The notes below the pieces were generated by a model. The model was not told the DNA's origin. It saw only the letters and a program-made list of their open reading frames with translations, and did not search any database. From Chloroflexota bacterium (GTDB lineage Bacteria > Chloroflexota > UBA11872 > VXOZ01), in assembly GCA_965221905.1 (NCBI GenBank), contig OZ244922.1, positions 1 through 64,000 of the forward strand: DNA of 64,000 bases, read 5' to 3'. Made by a program: the position numbers and the translations under genes. Below are positions 8,685 to 18,750 of this stretch, piece after piece (position 1 is the first letter of the stretch; every line of letters starts with the position of its first letter).

Positions 8685-9473
8685 CTATCCGGAGGCAGAC
8701 GGAATTCGCGGCGGTAGCACCAGGTCGCGGCGCACGCGCACCAGAAAGCCGACGATCAGCCCCACCAAGACACTTTCCAAAACCCACCCGATAAAGCCCA
8801 GGATCAGCACTGCACGCATGAATATCGTGAACGGTGACTCCCCCCCGATGGTAGGTGGTTCCTCGTGCTCTTCATCATCTCCCTCTAACACGTGCAAGGC
8901 CACCACGCCCTCGGCAAAGGGGTTTTGAATTGTGCCTGTCTCTACATTGTAGGCGCCGAGTTCCCCCATTTCGCCCTGAAAGGGATCCACATTGGCTGCC
9001 GCCACCACGCCAAGAAACAGCAGAGTTGTGAGCGCAAGCGCTATGAATGCGCTCACACCTGCGGCAAGCGCAGCCCGCTCGGATAGCGTTCTGAGAATCC
9101 CTCGGAAGAGTAGATACCCCACGGTAATCTCCGCGCCCATGAGCAGGGCGTTGATTCCTATGAGCGTAACGGCGCCATCGCCCATGAGCCAGCGGAGGAT
9201 TATAAAGATGAGTCCCGCAATAAAGCCGTAAACAGGACCAAGCAAGATACCCGCCAAGACGGTTAGGTGCGGTTCATAGGCAATGGGGACAAGCGCAAAC
9301 GACATGGCAACCGTCATCAGCGCAGCCATCACCCCGATTAGGGGGACCTTTCGCACCATGTCTTCACGGCCCGCGCGCAGCCCAATCAAGACGACCAGGA
9401 CCGCCGTTCCTCCCCAGCCAAGTCCCCACAGCCAGAGTGGAAAGACTCCGTCCGGCACCATTATGTGCGTCAT
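8685..9473 (-). CDS. cbiM: ECF transporter substrate-binding S component (CbiM/NikM family)
   Basis: N-terminal H...PDG; H.T.LAGILLGP; GDGAVTLIGIN motifs; GAGGAG RBS. Confidence 0.85.
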   Translation of the reverse strand: MTHIMVPDGVFPLWLWGLGWGGTAVLVVLIGLRAGREDMVRKVPLIGVMAALMTVAMSFALVPIAYEPHLTVLAGILLGPVYGFIAGLIFIILRWLMGDGAVTLIGINALLMGAEITVGYLLFRGILRTLSERAALAAGVSAFIALALTTLLFLGVVAAANVDPFQGEMGELGAYNVETGTIQNPFAEGVVALHVLEGDDEEHEEPPTIGGESPFTIFMRAVLILGFIGWVLESVLVGLIVGFLVRVRRDLVLPPRIPSASG

Positions 9474-9591
9474 GCGCTGCGACTCTCCTCACTACCAGCG
9501 CGGGTTGCAATTACAGTACACACCTACGCGTGGATTATACACAACCCACCGTTGCCTATGTTTTGGGGCGAATCTGCGCTTCCCCCTTAAG

Positions 9592-9845
9592 GACACTCTT
9601 GCACAGCCCTGGCCGGCAGGCGAAGAGACCCCATCTCCCAAGGAGACCGTTGCATAGCCCTCATTCGTCGCCTCTGAATCCCCTCTCCATCGAGGGAGAG
9701 GGCTAGGGTGAGGGGGTAATCCCCGTCAATCATATCCAGCCCCGCCCGGTTGCTCGTGCTTCACAATGGAGAGAGCTGAGGTGAGGGGCCATCATCACCG
9801 TCCCAGGCCAATTCCGCGTGTTCATCAGAGTTGCGCAGAACTCTG
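9592..9845. mobile_element. Degenerate nested pair of GAGACC-type MITEs
   Basis: Degenerate left TIR gacactcttgcacagc (9592) with an interior resembling the 45062 element. A second left TIR gagaccgttgcatagc (9643) follows its internal ccc(a)tctccc palindrome arm. Degenerate right TIR gttgcgcagaactct near 9830. Confidence 0.5.
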
Positions 9846-9883
9846 CAGAAAAGTGTAACGGCAGGCGTAACCTAAGCCCTACC

Positions 9884-9892
9884 TGCTACAAT
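9884..9892 (+). promoter_or_regulatory. Extended -10 promoter element
   Basis: TGcTACAAT about 280 nt upstream of gnd. Confidence 0.5.
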
Positions 9893-9898
9893 CAAGCG

Positions 9899-10135
9899 CA
9901 GGGGCGAGTGGCGCTACTACCGGCCCTGGCTGTGTCTGTGTCTACGAACCAACGGCATTAGCGGCTTCGTATTTTCAAGCCGCTGCAGCCAAGCCCTAAC
10001 CCAATCCGGTCACACATTTGCGAGAATGGACGAGACTTATCGAGCCGTGTTAGGGATGACTCCCGGTAGAGTCCAATGGTTGGCGGAGCCTCGGCAGAGA
10101 GTGTAATATACCTGGCGATACTGACGACAGCGCAC
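9899..10135 (+). ncRNA. Candidate structured RNA or long 5' leader upstream of gnd, family unassigned
   Basis: Nested stems: ccaac..catt/aatggttgg enclosing agcggctt/aagccgct, ccctaac/gttaggg and gactc/gagtc. Confidence 0.35.
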
Positions 10136-10174
10136 GAATGATGCAACTGCGTAGAGGGGAAAGGGACAAGAAAC

Positions 10175-11611
10175 ATGGCTGAACAACAAACCGGGACCTG
10201 TGACATCGGTGTCATCGGCATGGCAGTGATGGGGCAAAACCTCGCATTGAATATAGAGAGCAAAGGCTTTACTGTCGCCGTATTCAACCGCACGACTTCA
10301 CGAACCGAGGCATTTGTCAGGGAACGTGGACAGGGCAAGAACGTAGTGGGCGCCCTGACGCTGGAAGAGTTCGTAAGCGCGCTGAAGCGTCCACGCAAAG
10401 CAATAGTCCTGGTACAAGCCGGCGCGGCCGTGGATGCCGTGATCGACGCGCTGCTGCCATTGTTCGAGCCCGGCGATCTCATCATCGATGGCGGCAATTC
10501 ATTCTACGACGATACCGAGCAGCGCGCCACCCGCGTAGAGGCAGAGGGTCGCGGCTATATCGGGACCGGAGTGAGCGGCGGCGAGTACGGCGCGCTGCAC
10601 GGCCCTTCTATCATGCCCGGCGGCACCGAGGCGGCATATGCCGCAGTGGAACCGATCTTCACCAAGATCGCAGCGCAAGTGGACGACGGCCCCTGCTGCG
10701 CCTACCTGGGTCCGGGGTCGGCCGGACATTACGTCAAGATGGTGCACAACGGCATTGAGTACGGCATCATGCAGGTGCTCGCCGAAGCTTATGACGTAAT
10801 GTATCGCGGCCTCGGCATGACGGTACCCGAAATCCAAGGGGTCGTCGCCGGTTGGAATGCCGGCGAACTGCAGTCATTCCTCGTAGAGATCACGGCCGAC
10901 ATCCTCACCCGCGAAGACCCCGAAACCGACAAGTTCGTGGTCGAGATCATCACGGATAGCGCGGCGCAGAAGGGCACGGGCAAGTGGACGTCCCAGAGCG
11001 CGTTGGACCACGGTGTCCCCATTCCCACTATCACCGCCGCCACGGAAGCGCGGATTCTCTCCAGCTTCAAAGAAGTCCGCGAGCAGACCGCCGGCATCCT
11101 GCACGGCGCGTCGCCTCAGTTCGACGGTACACGGGATGAGTTGCTGCCCGCGCTGCAAGACGCCGTCTACCTCGCGGCGGTCTCCGCTTATGCCCAGGGC
11201 ATGCATCTGCTGACGGCAGCCTCAGCCGAACGAAATTACAACCTGAATCTGGCCACCGTTGCGCGCATTTGGAAGGGCGGCTGCATCATCCGATCTTTGA
11301 TGCTCGAACCGATCAAGCAGGCGTTCGCGGCCGATCCGACGCTACCCAACCTCATGCTGGCGGAACCGTTTGCGAGCGACGTAAGGCAGCGGACGCCAAA
11401 CCTGCGCCGCATTGTGGCGGAAGCTGTCTCGCAAGGCCTGCCTACACCGGCGCTGAGCGCCGCGCTCAACTACATCGAAGGCTACCGTACGGCGCGGCTG
11501 CCCGCGAACCTCGTCCAAGCCCAGCGCGACTACTTTGGCGCGCATACCTACCAGCGCGTAGACATGGAGGGCGCATTCCACACCGAGTGGCAGGATATTC
11601 ATAATATATAA
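10175..11611 (+). CDS. gndA: NADP-dependent 6-phosphogluconate dehydrogenase, decarboxylating
   Basis: GMAVMGQNLALN, IIDGGN, GVSGGE, VKMVHNGIEY, QKGTGKWT, QAQRDYFGAHTY. Confidence 0.98.
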   Translation: MAEQQTGTCDIGVIGMAVMGQNLALNIESKGFTVAVFNRTTSRTEAFVRERGQGKNVVGALTLEEFVSALKRPRKAIVLVQAGAAVDAVIDALLPLFEPGDLIIDGGNSFYDDTEQRATRVEAEGRGYIGTGVSGGEYGALHGPSIMPGGTEAAYAAVEPIFTKIAAQVDDGPCCAYLGPGSAGHYVKMVHNGIEYGIMQVLAEAYDVMYRGLGMTVPEIQGVVAGWNAGELQSFLVEITADILTREDPETDKFVVEIITDSAAQKGTGKWTSQSALDHGVPIPTITAATEARILSSFKEVREQTAGILHGASPQFDGTRDELLPALQDAVYLAAVSAYAQGMHLLTAASAERNYNLNLATVARIWKGGCIIRSLMLEPIKQAFAADPTLPNLMLAEPFASDVRQRTPNLRRIVAEAVSQGLPTPALSAALNYIEGYRTARLPANLVQAQRDYFGAHTYQRVDMEGAFHTEWQDIHNI

Positions 11612-11730
11612 ACGGCATTCGCCGTAGGAGACTTTTCCTGCGTGAAGTGTAGGGGCACGACATGTCGTGCCCCTTCTATTTGTAACTGCGCGGTAAGTCT
11701 GTCCTGCAGATCGCAATTGGGCAAGAGGCC

Positions 11731-12195
11731 CTATCCCTCAGCAACGGGTAGGCTGCCAAAGATGTTCAGTAGCCGTTGCTGGCGGTAGGCAAAGATACGA
11801 TCTAGGTCGCGGCCAATGAGCAACGCATTGGTGAGCGCGCCGCCCGGCAGCGCATACTCCACCTGCTCCACGACTAGAGTCCCGCCGTCCCGCTCCAGAA
11901 ACACGTGCTCGTGCACCCATCTGCGATAGGGGCCCTTGATCTGGCTGTCCACAAACCGGTGCGGCGGTTCCCACGCCAGAAATTCCGTGCGCCAGCGCAG
12001 CGACAAGCCGCGATACCGCAGCCGATAATCAATGCGGGTACCGACCGCCATTTCAATCGGCAGGGGCGTAAGAATCTTGAACCGGAGCCATGGCGGGGTG
12101 AGGCCCTCCAGGTTCGCCGCTTCGGCGAAGAATGAAAACACGTGCTCTATTGGTTGCGGCAGCCAGAGTCTCATTTCCAGGGTGAACAGTCGCAT
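11731..12195 (-). CDS. SRPBCC family ligand-binding protein
   Basis: VFSFF...NLEGLTPPWL, FVDSQIKGPYRRWVHEH, IFAYR; start reassigned to ATG 12195. Confidence 0.88.
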   Translation of the reverse strand: MRLFTLEMRLWLPQPIEHVFSFFAEAANLEGLTPPWLRFKILTPLPIEMAVGTRIDYRLRYRGLSLRWRTEFLAWEPPHRFVDSQIKGPYRRWVHEHVFLERDGGTLVVEQVEYALPGGALTNALLIGRDLDRIFAYRQQRLLNIFGSLPVAEG

Positions 12196-12403
12196 AGGTC
12201 GTGTCAAGTTTTTGAGAAAAGTAGGTACAGGTAGAAGGCAGCGCTGCAAGCCTGCCTGGCGGCGACTATACGCCAAAACAATGGTCGCCGCACGCCATGC
12301 CAAACCGCATACCTGGGATAAGGCACGGTGGTTGTGCAGTATTGCATGAATCGCAGGGGCACGGCATGCCGTGCCCCCACCCTCTCGCCGACGCTGCCTG
12401 ACG

Positions 12404-13891
12404 TCACGGTCTCAGTATGAGCAGCCAGATAGCGTACTCCTTAGCAGAGACGAACGCAAGGTGTCGGCCGTCGGGGGCAAGCGCCCAGTCGCCATTGGCA
12501 ATGAAGAGCGGCGTCAGTTTGGGATCGATTAGTTGAGACCGTTCGCCTGAAGCTACGTCGAGCTTCCACACGGCGAAACCCTCGTCCGCTGATTCACGCA
12601 GAGGAACATAGACGAGCGACGCGTTTTCGCTGGTAATCCAATGGTAGCGCCCGGCGAACGCAAGCCGCCGCTGCTCGCCCGTCTGCACGTTCATGGCCCA
12701 GGTGGTGTTCCAATACGGGTCTTCTTCAAATAACGTAAGAAAAACGACCCACGCGCCGTCGGGCGAGAGCGAGACATTGCGTATGCGCGCAGCCTCATCG
12801 AGTTTCTCGATTGTGCCGGTTGTCACGTCGACGTGCCACAGGGCAGGGCGCTCAGTATCAGGGTTCTGGGTACCTTGCACCAGCAAACGTAACGCATCCG
12901 GGAACCAACCTACAATGCCGGCGCCATAGATCGTGGTCAAATGTCGCGGGTTGCTGCCGTCCAGCGCCGCTACGAAAATCGGCGCCAGGCGACGGTTGAA
13001 GTTTGTCGGCTGCAGGGCGCTGCCCCCATCATAGGCAATAAGGGAGCCGTCCGGCGAAATGAGCGGAACACTGCCGACGCCATATAGGTCCCAGCTCTCT
13101 GCGGTCTCCCGATCATGCACGGTGACGCTTTGCATGGTATAGGATTGTCGCACAATCACGTACCGGTCATTGTAATGCAGCGTCCCGACCACCGTGCTAA
13201 ACGGCGCTTTTGCTCCTGTGCCAATGTCAACTCCCCATATGGCAGCCGGGCGCTCATCCGGCCTGTCAACGTACAGCACCTTCGTCCCGTCAGCAGACCA
13301 CCAGATGCCGCTGCAGCAACCAGGCTCGGACAGGCGTCTCAGCACTAGCTTGGGCGTTGGCGTCAGGGTCGGCAAAGGCGTAGGTGTAAGCTGCGGGGTT
13401 GCAATGGGTGGCAGTGCGGTTGGTGTGGGTAGCGGCGTAGCGGTAGGCGGGAGCGCAGTCGGCGTGGGCAGGGGCGTGGCAGTGGGCGGCAGTGCAGTCG
13501 GCGTGGGCAGGGGCGTGGCAGTGGGCGGCAGTGCAGTCGGCGTGGGCAGGGGCGTGGCAGTGGGCGGGAGCGCGGTCGGCGTGGGCAAGGGCGTGGCAGT
13601 GGGCGGGAGCGCGGTCGGCGACGGTATCGGCGTGGCAGTGGGCGGGAGCGCAGCCCGCGTCGGTTGTGGCGTCGCAGTTACCGCGAGCGCGGTCGGCGAC
13701 GGTATCGGCGTGGCGGTGCCCGGCATCTCAGTTGGCGCAGACGGTGCCCTTGTAGGAGTTGGAATCACTAAGACGGGTCTTGGCGTGCCTTGCGCATCCG
13801 GAACGACCTCAATTGCGCACGCACTGCCCAGCAAGAGCCAAAGAGCGAAGAGACAGCTTACGCCAAGCCGATGCCGCATGTGTGCCACCAT
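12404..13891 (-). CDS. Lipoprotein with Pro/Thr linker and TolB/PD40-like beta-propeller
   Basis: Lipobox GSAC; WSADG, ISPDG, LSPDG, LAPDG blades; PT-rich linker. Confidence 0.85.
   Translation of the reverse strand: MVAHMRHRLGVSCLFALWLLLGSACAIEVVPDAQGTPRPVLVIPTPTRAPSAPTEMPGTATPIPSPTALAVTATPQPTRAALPPTATPIPSPTALPPTATPLPTPTALPPTATPLPTPTALPPTATPLPTPTALPPTATPLPTPTALPPTATPLPTPTALPPIATPQLTPTPLPTLTPTPKLVLRRLSEPGCCSGIWWSADGTKVLYVDRPDERPAAIWGVDIGTGAKAPFSTVVGTLHYNDRYVIVRQSYTMQSVTVHDRETAESWDLYGVGSVPLISPDGSLIAYDGGSALQPTNFNRRLAPIFVAALDGSNPRHLTTIYGAGIVGWFPDALRLLVQGTQNPDTERPALWHVDVTTGTIEKLDEAARIRNVSLSPDGAWVVFLTLFEEDPYWNTTWAMNVQTGEQRRLAFAGRYHWITSENASLVYVPLRESADEGFAVWKLDVASGERSQLIDPKLTPLFIANGDWALAPDGRHLAFVSAKEYAIWLLILRP
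13375..13720 (-). repeat. 39-bp coding tandem repeat ([13 protein letters not shown])
   Basis: About 6-8 copies of a 13-aa unit inside 12404..13891. Confidence 0.9.
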
Positions 13892-13897
13892 GGCGCC

Positions 13898-14602
13898 TTA
13901 ACGCATCCAAAGGCGAGCGTAGTTGTTCAGGATACGCCCTCCGAACGTTGTTTCCGGCTGATCTTCCAGCGTCTGCCAGCGGCGCGGATCGTCGAGGTCT
14001 TTGACAAACCCAAGGAAGCGGCCAAGGGTTGCATTGTGCCAGTCGGCCTTGATCAAGTGCACCGGATTGACCGCATGGTTGCGGTCCGGCCGCCGAATCT
14101 CAAGGTGGAGGTGGGGCGATGACGCACAGCCCCAATTGTCCAGCCAGTCGCCGGAATACCCGATAATCTGGCCAGCCTTTACGGAACTTCCCCACTGAAC
14201 CGCCGGATAGCGATGCAGATGTCCGTACAGAGAGAGATCGCCGTTGGCATGACGCACAATCGCGTTGTGAGGTCCCGCGCCAAACGAGAGGTCATCGGCC
14301 CCTACCACCACGCCGTCACCGATCGCCCTGATCTCGGTCTCGCAGGGACAGGCAAAATCAATGCCGAAGTGTATTCCTTGTCCTTCCCGATAAACTGTAT
14401 TGCGAAAATGGTATGCCAAGTTCGTATTGCCGTACCACTGCTCCACGTACCAGGTGCTGGGGCCTGGCGGCGTATTGAAGGGAAGTTGATAGATCGGTTC
14501 CTGCTGCTCGGCAGAGAGCGATAGCGCAGTTGGCATCAGCTTAGGAGCCGGCACGAATAGCCCCACGTACTTTAGGAACTGACGCCGATTCAACCGTATC
14601 AC
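13898..14602 (-). CDS. Tat-exported M23 family metallopeptidase
   Basis: RRQFLK Tat motif; HFGID, YGHL, HLHLEIR. Confidence 0.92.
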   Translation of the reverse strand: MIRLNRRQFLKYVGLFVPAPKLMPTALSLSAEQQEPIYQLPFNTPPGPSTWYVEQWYGNTNLAYHFRNTVYREGQGIHFGIDFACPCETEIRAIGDGVVVGADDLSFGAGPHNAIVRHANGDLSLYGHLHRYPAVQWGSSVKAGQIIGYSGDWLDNWGCASSPHLHLEIRRPDRNHAVNPVHLIKADWHNATLGRFLGFVKDLDDPRRWQTLEDQPETTFGGRILNNYARLWMR

Positions 14603-14802
14603 CAGTGCTACCCTCAGCTATGACGAATACAAGAACTAGGGTGCCAGTAAGACTAGTTCACCACTGACACGAGAGCCTTTCCGGCAGGTATCTCGTCCCA
14701 TGGCCCAAATGTGCCATCTGAGCCTACATATCCTACCAAAGAGTTTCTCCTGTGCCAACTCTTTCTTAATCCGTTTCAAGCAGACGAACGCTTGCGCACC
14801 GC

Positions 14803-14831
14803 TTGACGCTCGCCGATACGCATGGTAGCGT
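14803..14831 (+). promoter_or_regulatory. Sigma70-like promoter for the 14920 gene
   Basis: TTGACG-17 nt-TAGCGT. Confidence 0.5.
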
Positions 14832-14919
14832 GTGTGCAGAAAAGCCGATCTACCGGTATTATGGACAAAACCCAATTACACACACTTTGTGGAAAGATTG
14901 AACGGAAGAGAGGGCGCTC

Positions 14920-15603
14920 ATGGCTATCAACATGGAAAAGCAAATTCAGGTTAACGATCTCATCACGAAGGTGCGTGAAATGTACGCGCGCGACCTGGGC
15001 GACCAGCATATAGAAATTCTCTATCAGTCCGCGCGGCGCACGATGAAAGGGCAGGAGTTTAGCCCCACGCGCGTGCAAGAAGAGAGCTTGGGGCGGCTTA
15101 CGCAGCTAGGATTCGGAACCAAACACGAAAGCCGCACCCGCGGCACGACTTTCGACGTGACTCCAGACTATATACCCCCTTCGCTCATGCTCCCCGGCTA
15201 TCACGACATATTCCGCTATCAGGCGGGACGCAACGCTGAGCGTACACGCGAAGAATTCGCCAACACGGTAGCGGCCATTCTGGACCCGACCGTGGTTGAA
15301 CTGCTCGACCGGCGCGGCATTGACGCCTTGAGCAAGTTCCAGACTATCGTGACAGACCGCGACATTGCCCGAACTCCTGCCCCCGAATTGGAAGTGAAGG
15401 CCGTCCAGTCACTCGTCGATAACGATTGTCTATCCGACGAATTGAAGACCCTCTTGTTCGGCCTTCTCGGGCAGCGTCATGAGTACACTCTCACCACCAA
15501 GGGAAATAGTCTGCTGAGACTTGCGGAAGCGTTCAAAGAGCTCATGGATTTAGGCGTGAATTTCATCATGGAAGACGAAGAGGAAGCGGCGGACGAATCC
15601 TAG
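14920..15603 (+). CDS. Hypothetical protein, possibly two winged-helix repeats
   Basis: 227-aa ORF with GAGAGGG RBS and own promoter; LTQLGF...FDVT and LVDNDCL...YTLTTKG resemble wHTH wings. Confidence 0.7.
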   Translation: MAINMEKQIQVNDLITKVREMYARDLGDQHIEILYQSARRTMKGQEFSPTRVQEESLGRLTQLGFGTKHESRTRGTTFDVTPDYIPPSLMLPGYHDIFRYQAGRNAERTREEFANTVAAILDPTVVELLDRRGIDALSKFQTIVTDRDIARTPAPELEVKAVQSLVDNDCLSDELKTLLFGLLGQRHEYTLTTKGNSLLRLAEAFKELMDLGVNFIMEDEEEAADES

Positions 15604-15683
15604 GGGCTGCAAGGCAGGATCAGCTAGTGTCCTTGTATATTTGCTTGGTCCGCACTCATGAACTGTGCGTTACTAAGGCACTG

Positions 15684-15704
15684 TTACTTGACTGCGTCAA
15701 GTAA
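15684..15704. promoter_or_regulatory. Operator-like palindrome overlapping a TTGACT -35 box
   Basis: TTACTTGAC-tgc-GTCAAGTAA perfect 9-bp arms. Confidence 0.5.
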
Positions 15705-16085
15705 ATTCGACTATCCTAGTTTTATACACCCCCTGGATGCTTCGGCGAAAGGGCGCAAGGCTGCCTTACGGCAGCCTTGGCATTTTCCTTGGGAGTTTTC
15801 TTTCCCTTCTATCGTCTGCATTGGTAATTCAGTCTCTGTTTCCGCACTTTATGGGACATTCCCTACTGTTGGATGACTCTGGCGAAAATATAGTACACGG
15901 GGGCTTGCCCACGGCATTGCCGTGCCACCGCGAGGCGGGATAATCCGCGCCGGAGCAAACGCGAGCATGCAGGACTGCCTTTGCCCAAGCCATGACGTCA
16001 TGCGATCCTGTGCGAATAAACCGCTCAATGGTCGCAATTCCTATGGTACAATGTGAGCACGAACCCGTATGCAGAGGTATGGCAT

Positions 16086-17375
16086 TTGCTTGAATTCAAA
16101 CAGCACGGCATCGGTACAAAGCGCGGGGCGGAGCGCGCCGTACTGGTCTGCGTGAAGCTCGGTGGCGATCCCGATCAGTGGCCGGTGCAGGAGTCGCTGC
16201 AAGAGCTCGCGAGCCTTGCGCGCACCGCCGGCGCCATCGTGGTCGGCACGCTTTACCAGCAACGGCACAAGCCCGATACGGCGACCTTTATCGGCAAGGG
16301 CAAGGTGGAGGAGATAAAAGCGCTGCGGCACGAGCAGACCTACGACCTTGTCATCTTCGACAATGATCTCACGCCCAGCCAGCAGCGCAACCTGGAAGAG
16401 CAACTCGACGTTAAGGTGCTCGACCGCACGGCGCTCATCCTCGACATCTTCGCCACGCGCGCACGGACTTCTGAGGGCAAGTTACAGGTCGAGATGGCGC
16501 AACTCACGTATCTTCTGCCTCGACTCTCCACGCTCTGGGTACAATTCTCACGTCTCGGCGCCGGCATTGGTACCCGCGGCCCGGGCGAGACGCAGATCGA
16601 GTCGGACCGGCGGCTCATCCGCCAGCGCCTCTCGCATTTGGAGGCACGCCTCGAAACAGTGCGCGCCCGGCGCGCGCGCCAACGGGCGCGGCGCACGGGT
16701 AATGACGTGCCGGTGGCTTCGCTCGTGGGCTACACGAACTCCGGTAAGAGCACGCTGCTCAACGCAGTTACGCAGGCTGAGGTCCTCGCTGAGGATAAGC
16801 TCTTTGCCACGCTGGACCCCACCACACGCCGCGTGAAGCTGCCCACCGGGCTGGAGGTTGTTCTTAGCGATACCGTGGGTTTTATCCGCCATCTGCCGCC
16901 AGCGCTCATAGCGGCGTTTCGCGCTACGCTCGAGGAACTTCTCGCCGCCGACATTCTGTTGCACGTGGTTGACGTCAGCCATCCGCAATGTGCACGCCAG
17001 GTAGCAGTGGTGAATGAGACCTTGGCAGACCTCGGCATCGAGGACAAGCCCACCATCACGGTGCTCAACAAGATCGACCAGCTTGAGGGTCTCGCGCCAA
17101 ATCCGGGAGACTACCCCAATCCTGTATTCATATCTGCTCGCGAAGGCGATGGACTGGACACGCTCTTGGAAACGGTTGCCGGCACGCTCGACGCGCAGCT
17201 CTCGTTTGACGTTCAAGTGCGCATTCCCTACCATGAGGGACGCTTGGTGAGTCTCTTCCATCAGCGAGGCAGTATTCGCCGCGAGCAGCACCATCCCGAC
17301 GGCACTGAAATCGAAGGCACCCTCCCGCGTAAGTATTGGCCGGTGCTGCGGCCCTACGTCATCGGTTCCAGCTAG
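16086..17375 (+). CDS. hflX: Ribosome-splitting GTPase HflX
   Basis: GIGTRGPGETQIE, GYTNSGKST, LFATLDPT, DTVGFI, NKID. Start placed at TTG 16086 because a TGgTACAAT -10 ends at 16052 and a GAGGT RBS precedes 16086. Confidence 0.96.
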   Translation: MLEFKQHGIGTKRGAERAVLVCVKLGGDPDQWPVQESLQELASLARTAGAIVVGTLYQQRHKPDTATFIGKGKVEEIKALRHEQTYDLVIFDNDLTPSQQRNLEEQLDVKVLDRTALILDIFATRARTSEGKLQVEMAQLTYLLPRLSTLWVQFSRLGAGIGTRGPGETQIESDRRLIRQRLSHLEARLETVRARRARQRARRTGNDVPVASLVGYTNSGKSTLLNAVTQAEVLAEDKLFATLDPTTRRVKLPTGLEVVLSDTVGFIRHLPPALIAAFRATLEELLAADILLHVVDVSHPQCARQVAVVNETLADLGIEDKPTITVLNKIDQLEGLAPNPGDYPNPVFISAREGDGLDTLLETVAGTLDAQLSFDVQVRIPYHEGRLVSLFHQRGSIRREQHHPDGTEIEGTLPRKYWPVLRPYVIGSS

Positions 17376-17398
17376 CCCGCACAGAGAGTGCGCCCACT

Positions 17399-18385
17399 AT
17401 GACCCGCACGCATAGCCGCACGCTGCCCATCATTTACACGCCGCGTCATCAGTCACACGTGCCGCGCATCGAGCTTTCCCAAAACTTCGTGGTCGATCAT
17501 CCCGAGGTGCCGGAACGCGTCGAAGTGATGGCGAGAGCCCTGCGGCAGGCCGGACACGCCGACAGCTTCGTGGAACCGCTTGAGTATTCGTTCGATTCCG
17601 CCGCCAAGGTACACGATGAGAGCCTCATAGCGTTCTTGGAGCAGACCACGACCCGCCTTGCCAAGTCTCACGAAAGCTCGGTGCTGGAAACGCCGTACAC
17701 CATAAGTCCCGACACGCCGTTGGCGGCGAATACGCTGACGCAAGCGTGGCTGGCGTCGTGTGTGGTGCTCACCGGCGCCGACATGCTGCTAAGTGGACAT
17801 CCATGCGTCTACGCCTTAGAGCGCCCGCCGGGGCATCACGCGGGGCGTTACAAGTACGGAGGTTATTGCTATATCAACCACGCGGCAGTGGCTGCCCACA
17901 CGCTCAAACCGCACGGTCGTGTCGCCGTGCTCGATATCGACTTCCACCACGGCAACGGCACGCAGGAAATCTTCTACGACACCGACGAGGTGCTCTACGT
18001 CAGCCTGCACGGCCATCCCGCCTGGGCGTACCCGCGCTTCAGCGGCTGGCCGGAAGAGACGGGTTCCGGCGCGGGCGAGAATTTTAACCTCAATCTGCCG
18101 CTGCCTATGTTCACTGAGAATGGCGCCTTTCTGGAAGCCTTCTCTCAGGCTTTAGAGAAGATTGCTTGGTATGCCCCTGCTTACCTGATCCTCTCAAGCG
18201 GGTTCGATACCCGCGCCGGCGACCCCGTCGGCGCCTTCTCGCTCACCGACGAGTGCTACCAGGCCATTGGCGAGCAACTGTCGGCGCTCTCGGTGCCGAT
18301 ACTCGCGGTACAAGAAGGCGGTTACGATCTCGAAGGCCTGGGCAAGGCGGTGGTAGCGCTGGTGGATGGGCTCGTGTCGTCCTAA
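17399..18385 (+). CDS. Histone deacetylase family protein (acetylpolyamine amidohydrolase-like)
   Basis: RPPGHHA, GGYCYIN, DIDFHHGNGTQ, SLHG, QEGGY. Confidence 0.93.
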   Translation: MTRTHSRTLPIIYTPRHQSHVPRIELSQNFVVDHPEVPERVEVMARALRQAGHADSFVEPLEYSFDSAAKVHDESLIAFLEQTTTRLAKSHESSVLETPYTISPDTPLAANTLTQAWLASCVVLTGADMLLSGHPCVYALERPPGHHAGRYKYGGYCYINHAAVAAHTLKPHGRVAVLDIDFHHGNGTQEIFYDTDEVLYVSLHGHPAWAYPRFSGWPEETGSGAGENFNLNLPLPMFTENGAFLEAFSQALEKIAWYAPAYLILSSGFDTRAGDPVGAFSLTDECYQAIGEQLSALSVPILAVQEGGYDLEGLGKAVVALVDGLVSS

Positions 18386-18570
18386 GCGAACAGAATCAAC
18401 TCATTGCTCGTGCCTATCTCCCGTTCCTGCATTACATCTCCCTCTACCGGTAACTTCGTGCCGTGACCCGTCCGATAGACCTTACACTTTTGCATTCTGC
18501 GACCCGATCAGGCCTCGCGATATCCCCTCCCGGGGGTTTGGCGCATGTCTAAAGACTGTCCTAATGGGTA

Positions 18571-18598
18571 GTAGGGGCGGTTCGCGAACCGCCCCTAC
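18571..18598. repeat. GTAG-family REP, second subtype; also 40957-40984, related copy 59345-59370
   Basis: GTAGGGGCGGTTCGCGAACCGCCCCTAC perfect palindrome. Confidence 0.9.
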
Positions 18599-18704
18599 AG
18601 TTTGCGCCTCAAGAGGAGACTAGTCTCCCTCGCTGCATTCCGGCTGTGCTTCTCTAAGCACAGCAGCGCTCTCTGCACAGCCCCCCATCGCACCATCTCG
18701 CCAC

Positions 18705-18750
18705 GGCCTATGAACGCCATGTAATCGCTATGTGAACATTAGATGAACTC
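18705..18750 (-). promoter_or_regulatory. Candidate PHO-box direct repeats with 11-nt period
   Basis: atgaac 18710, gtaatc 18721, gtgaac 18732, atgaac 18743 (GTTCAY on the minus strand); upstream of pstS. Confidence 0.5.

Noticed and set aside
9474-9900. Cobalamin riboswitch upstream of cbiM
   Set aside because: No GGGAA/B12-box pattern was seen; the region is occupied by MITE/REP sequence.
9899-10135. tmRNA, RNase P, SRP or T-box identity
   Set aside because: Diagnostic conserved motifs were not found; kept only as an unassigned candidate.
13194-13901. Plus-strand Gly/Val-repeat ORF
   Set aside because: Antisense shadow of the Pro/Thr repeat in 12404..13891.
15737-15943. 68-aa hydrophobic ORF upstream of hflX
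   Set aside because: No RBS and no recognisable motif; insufficient support.
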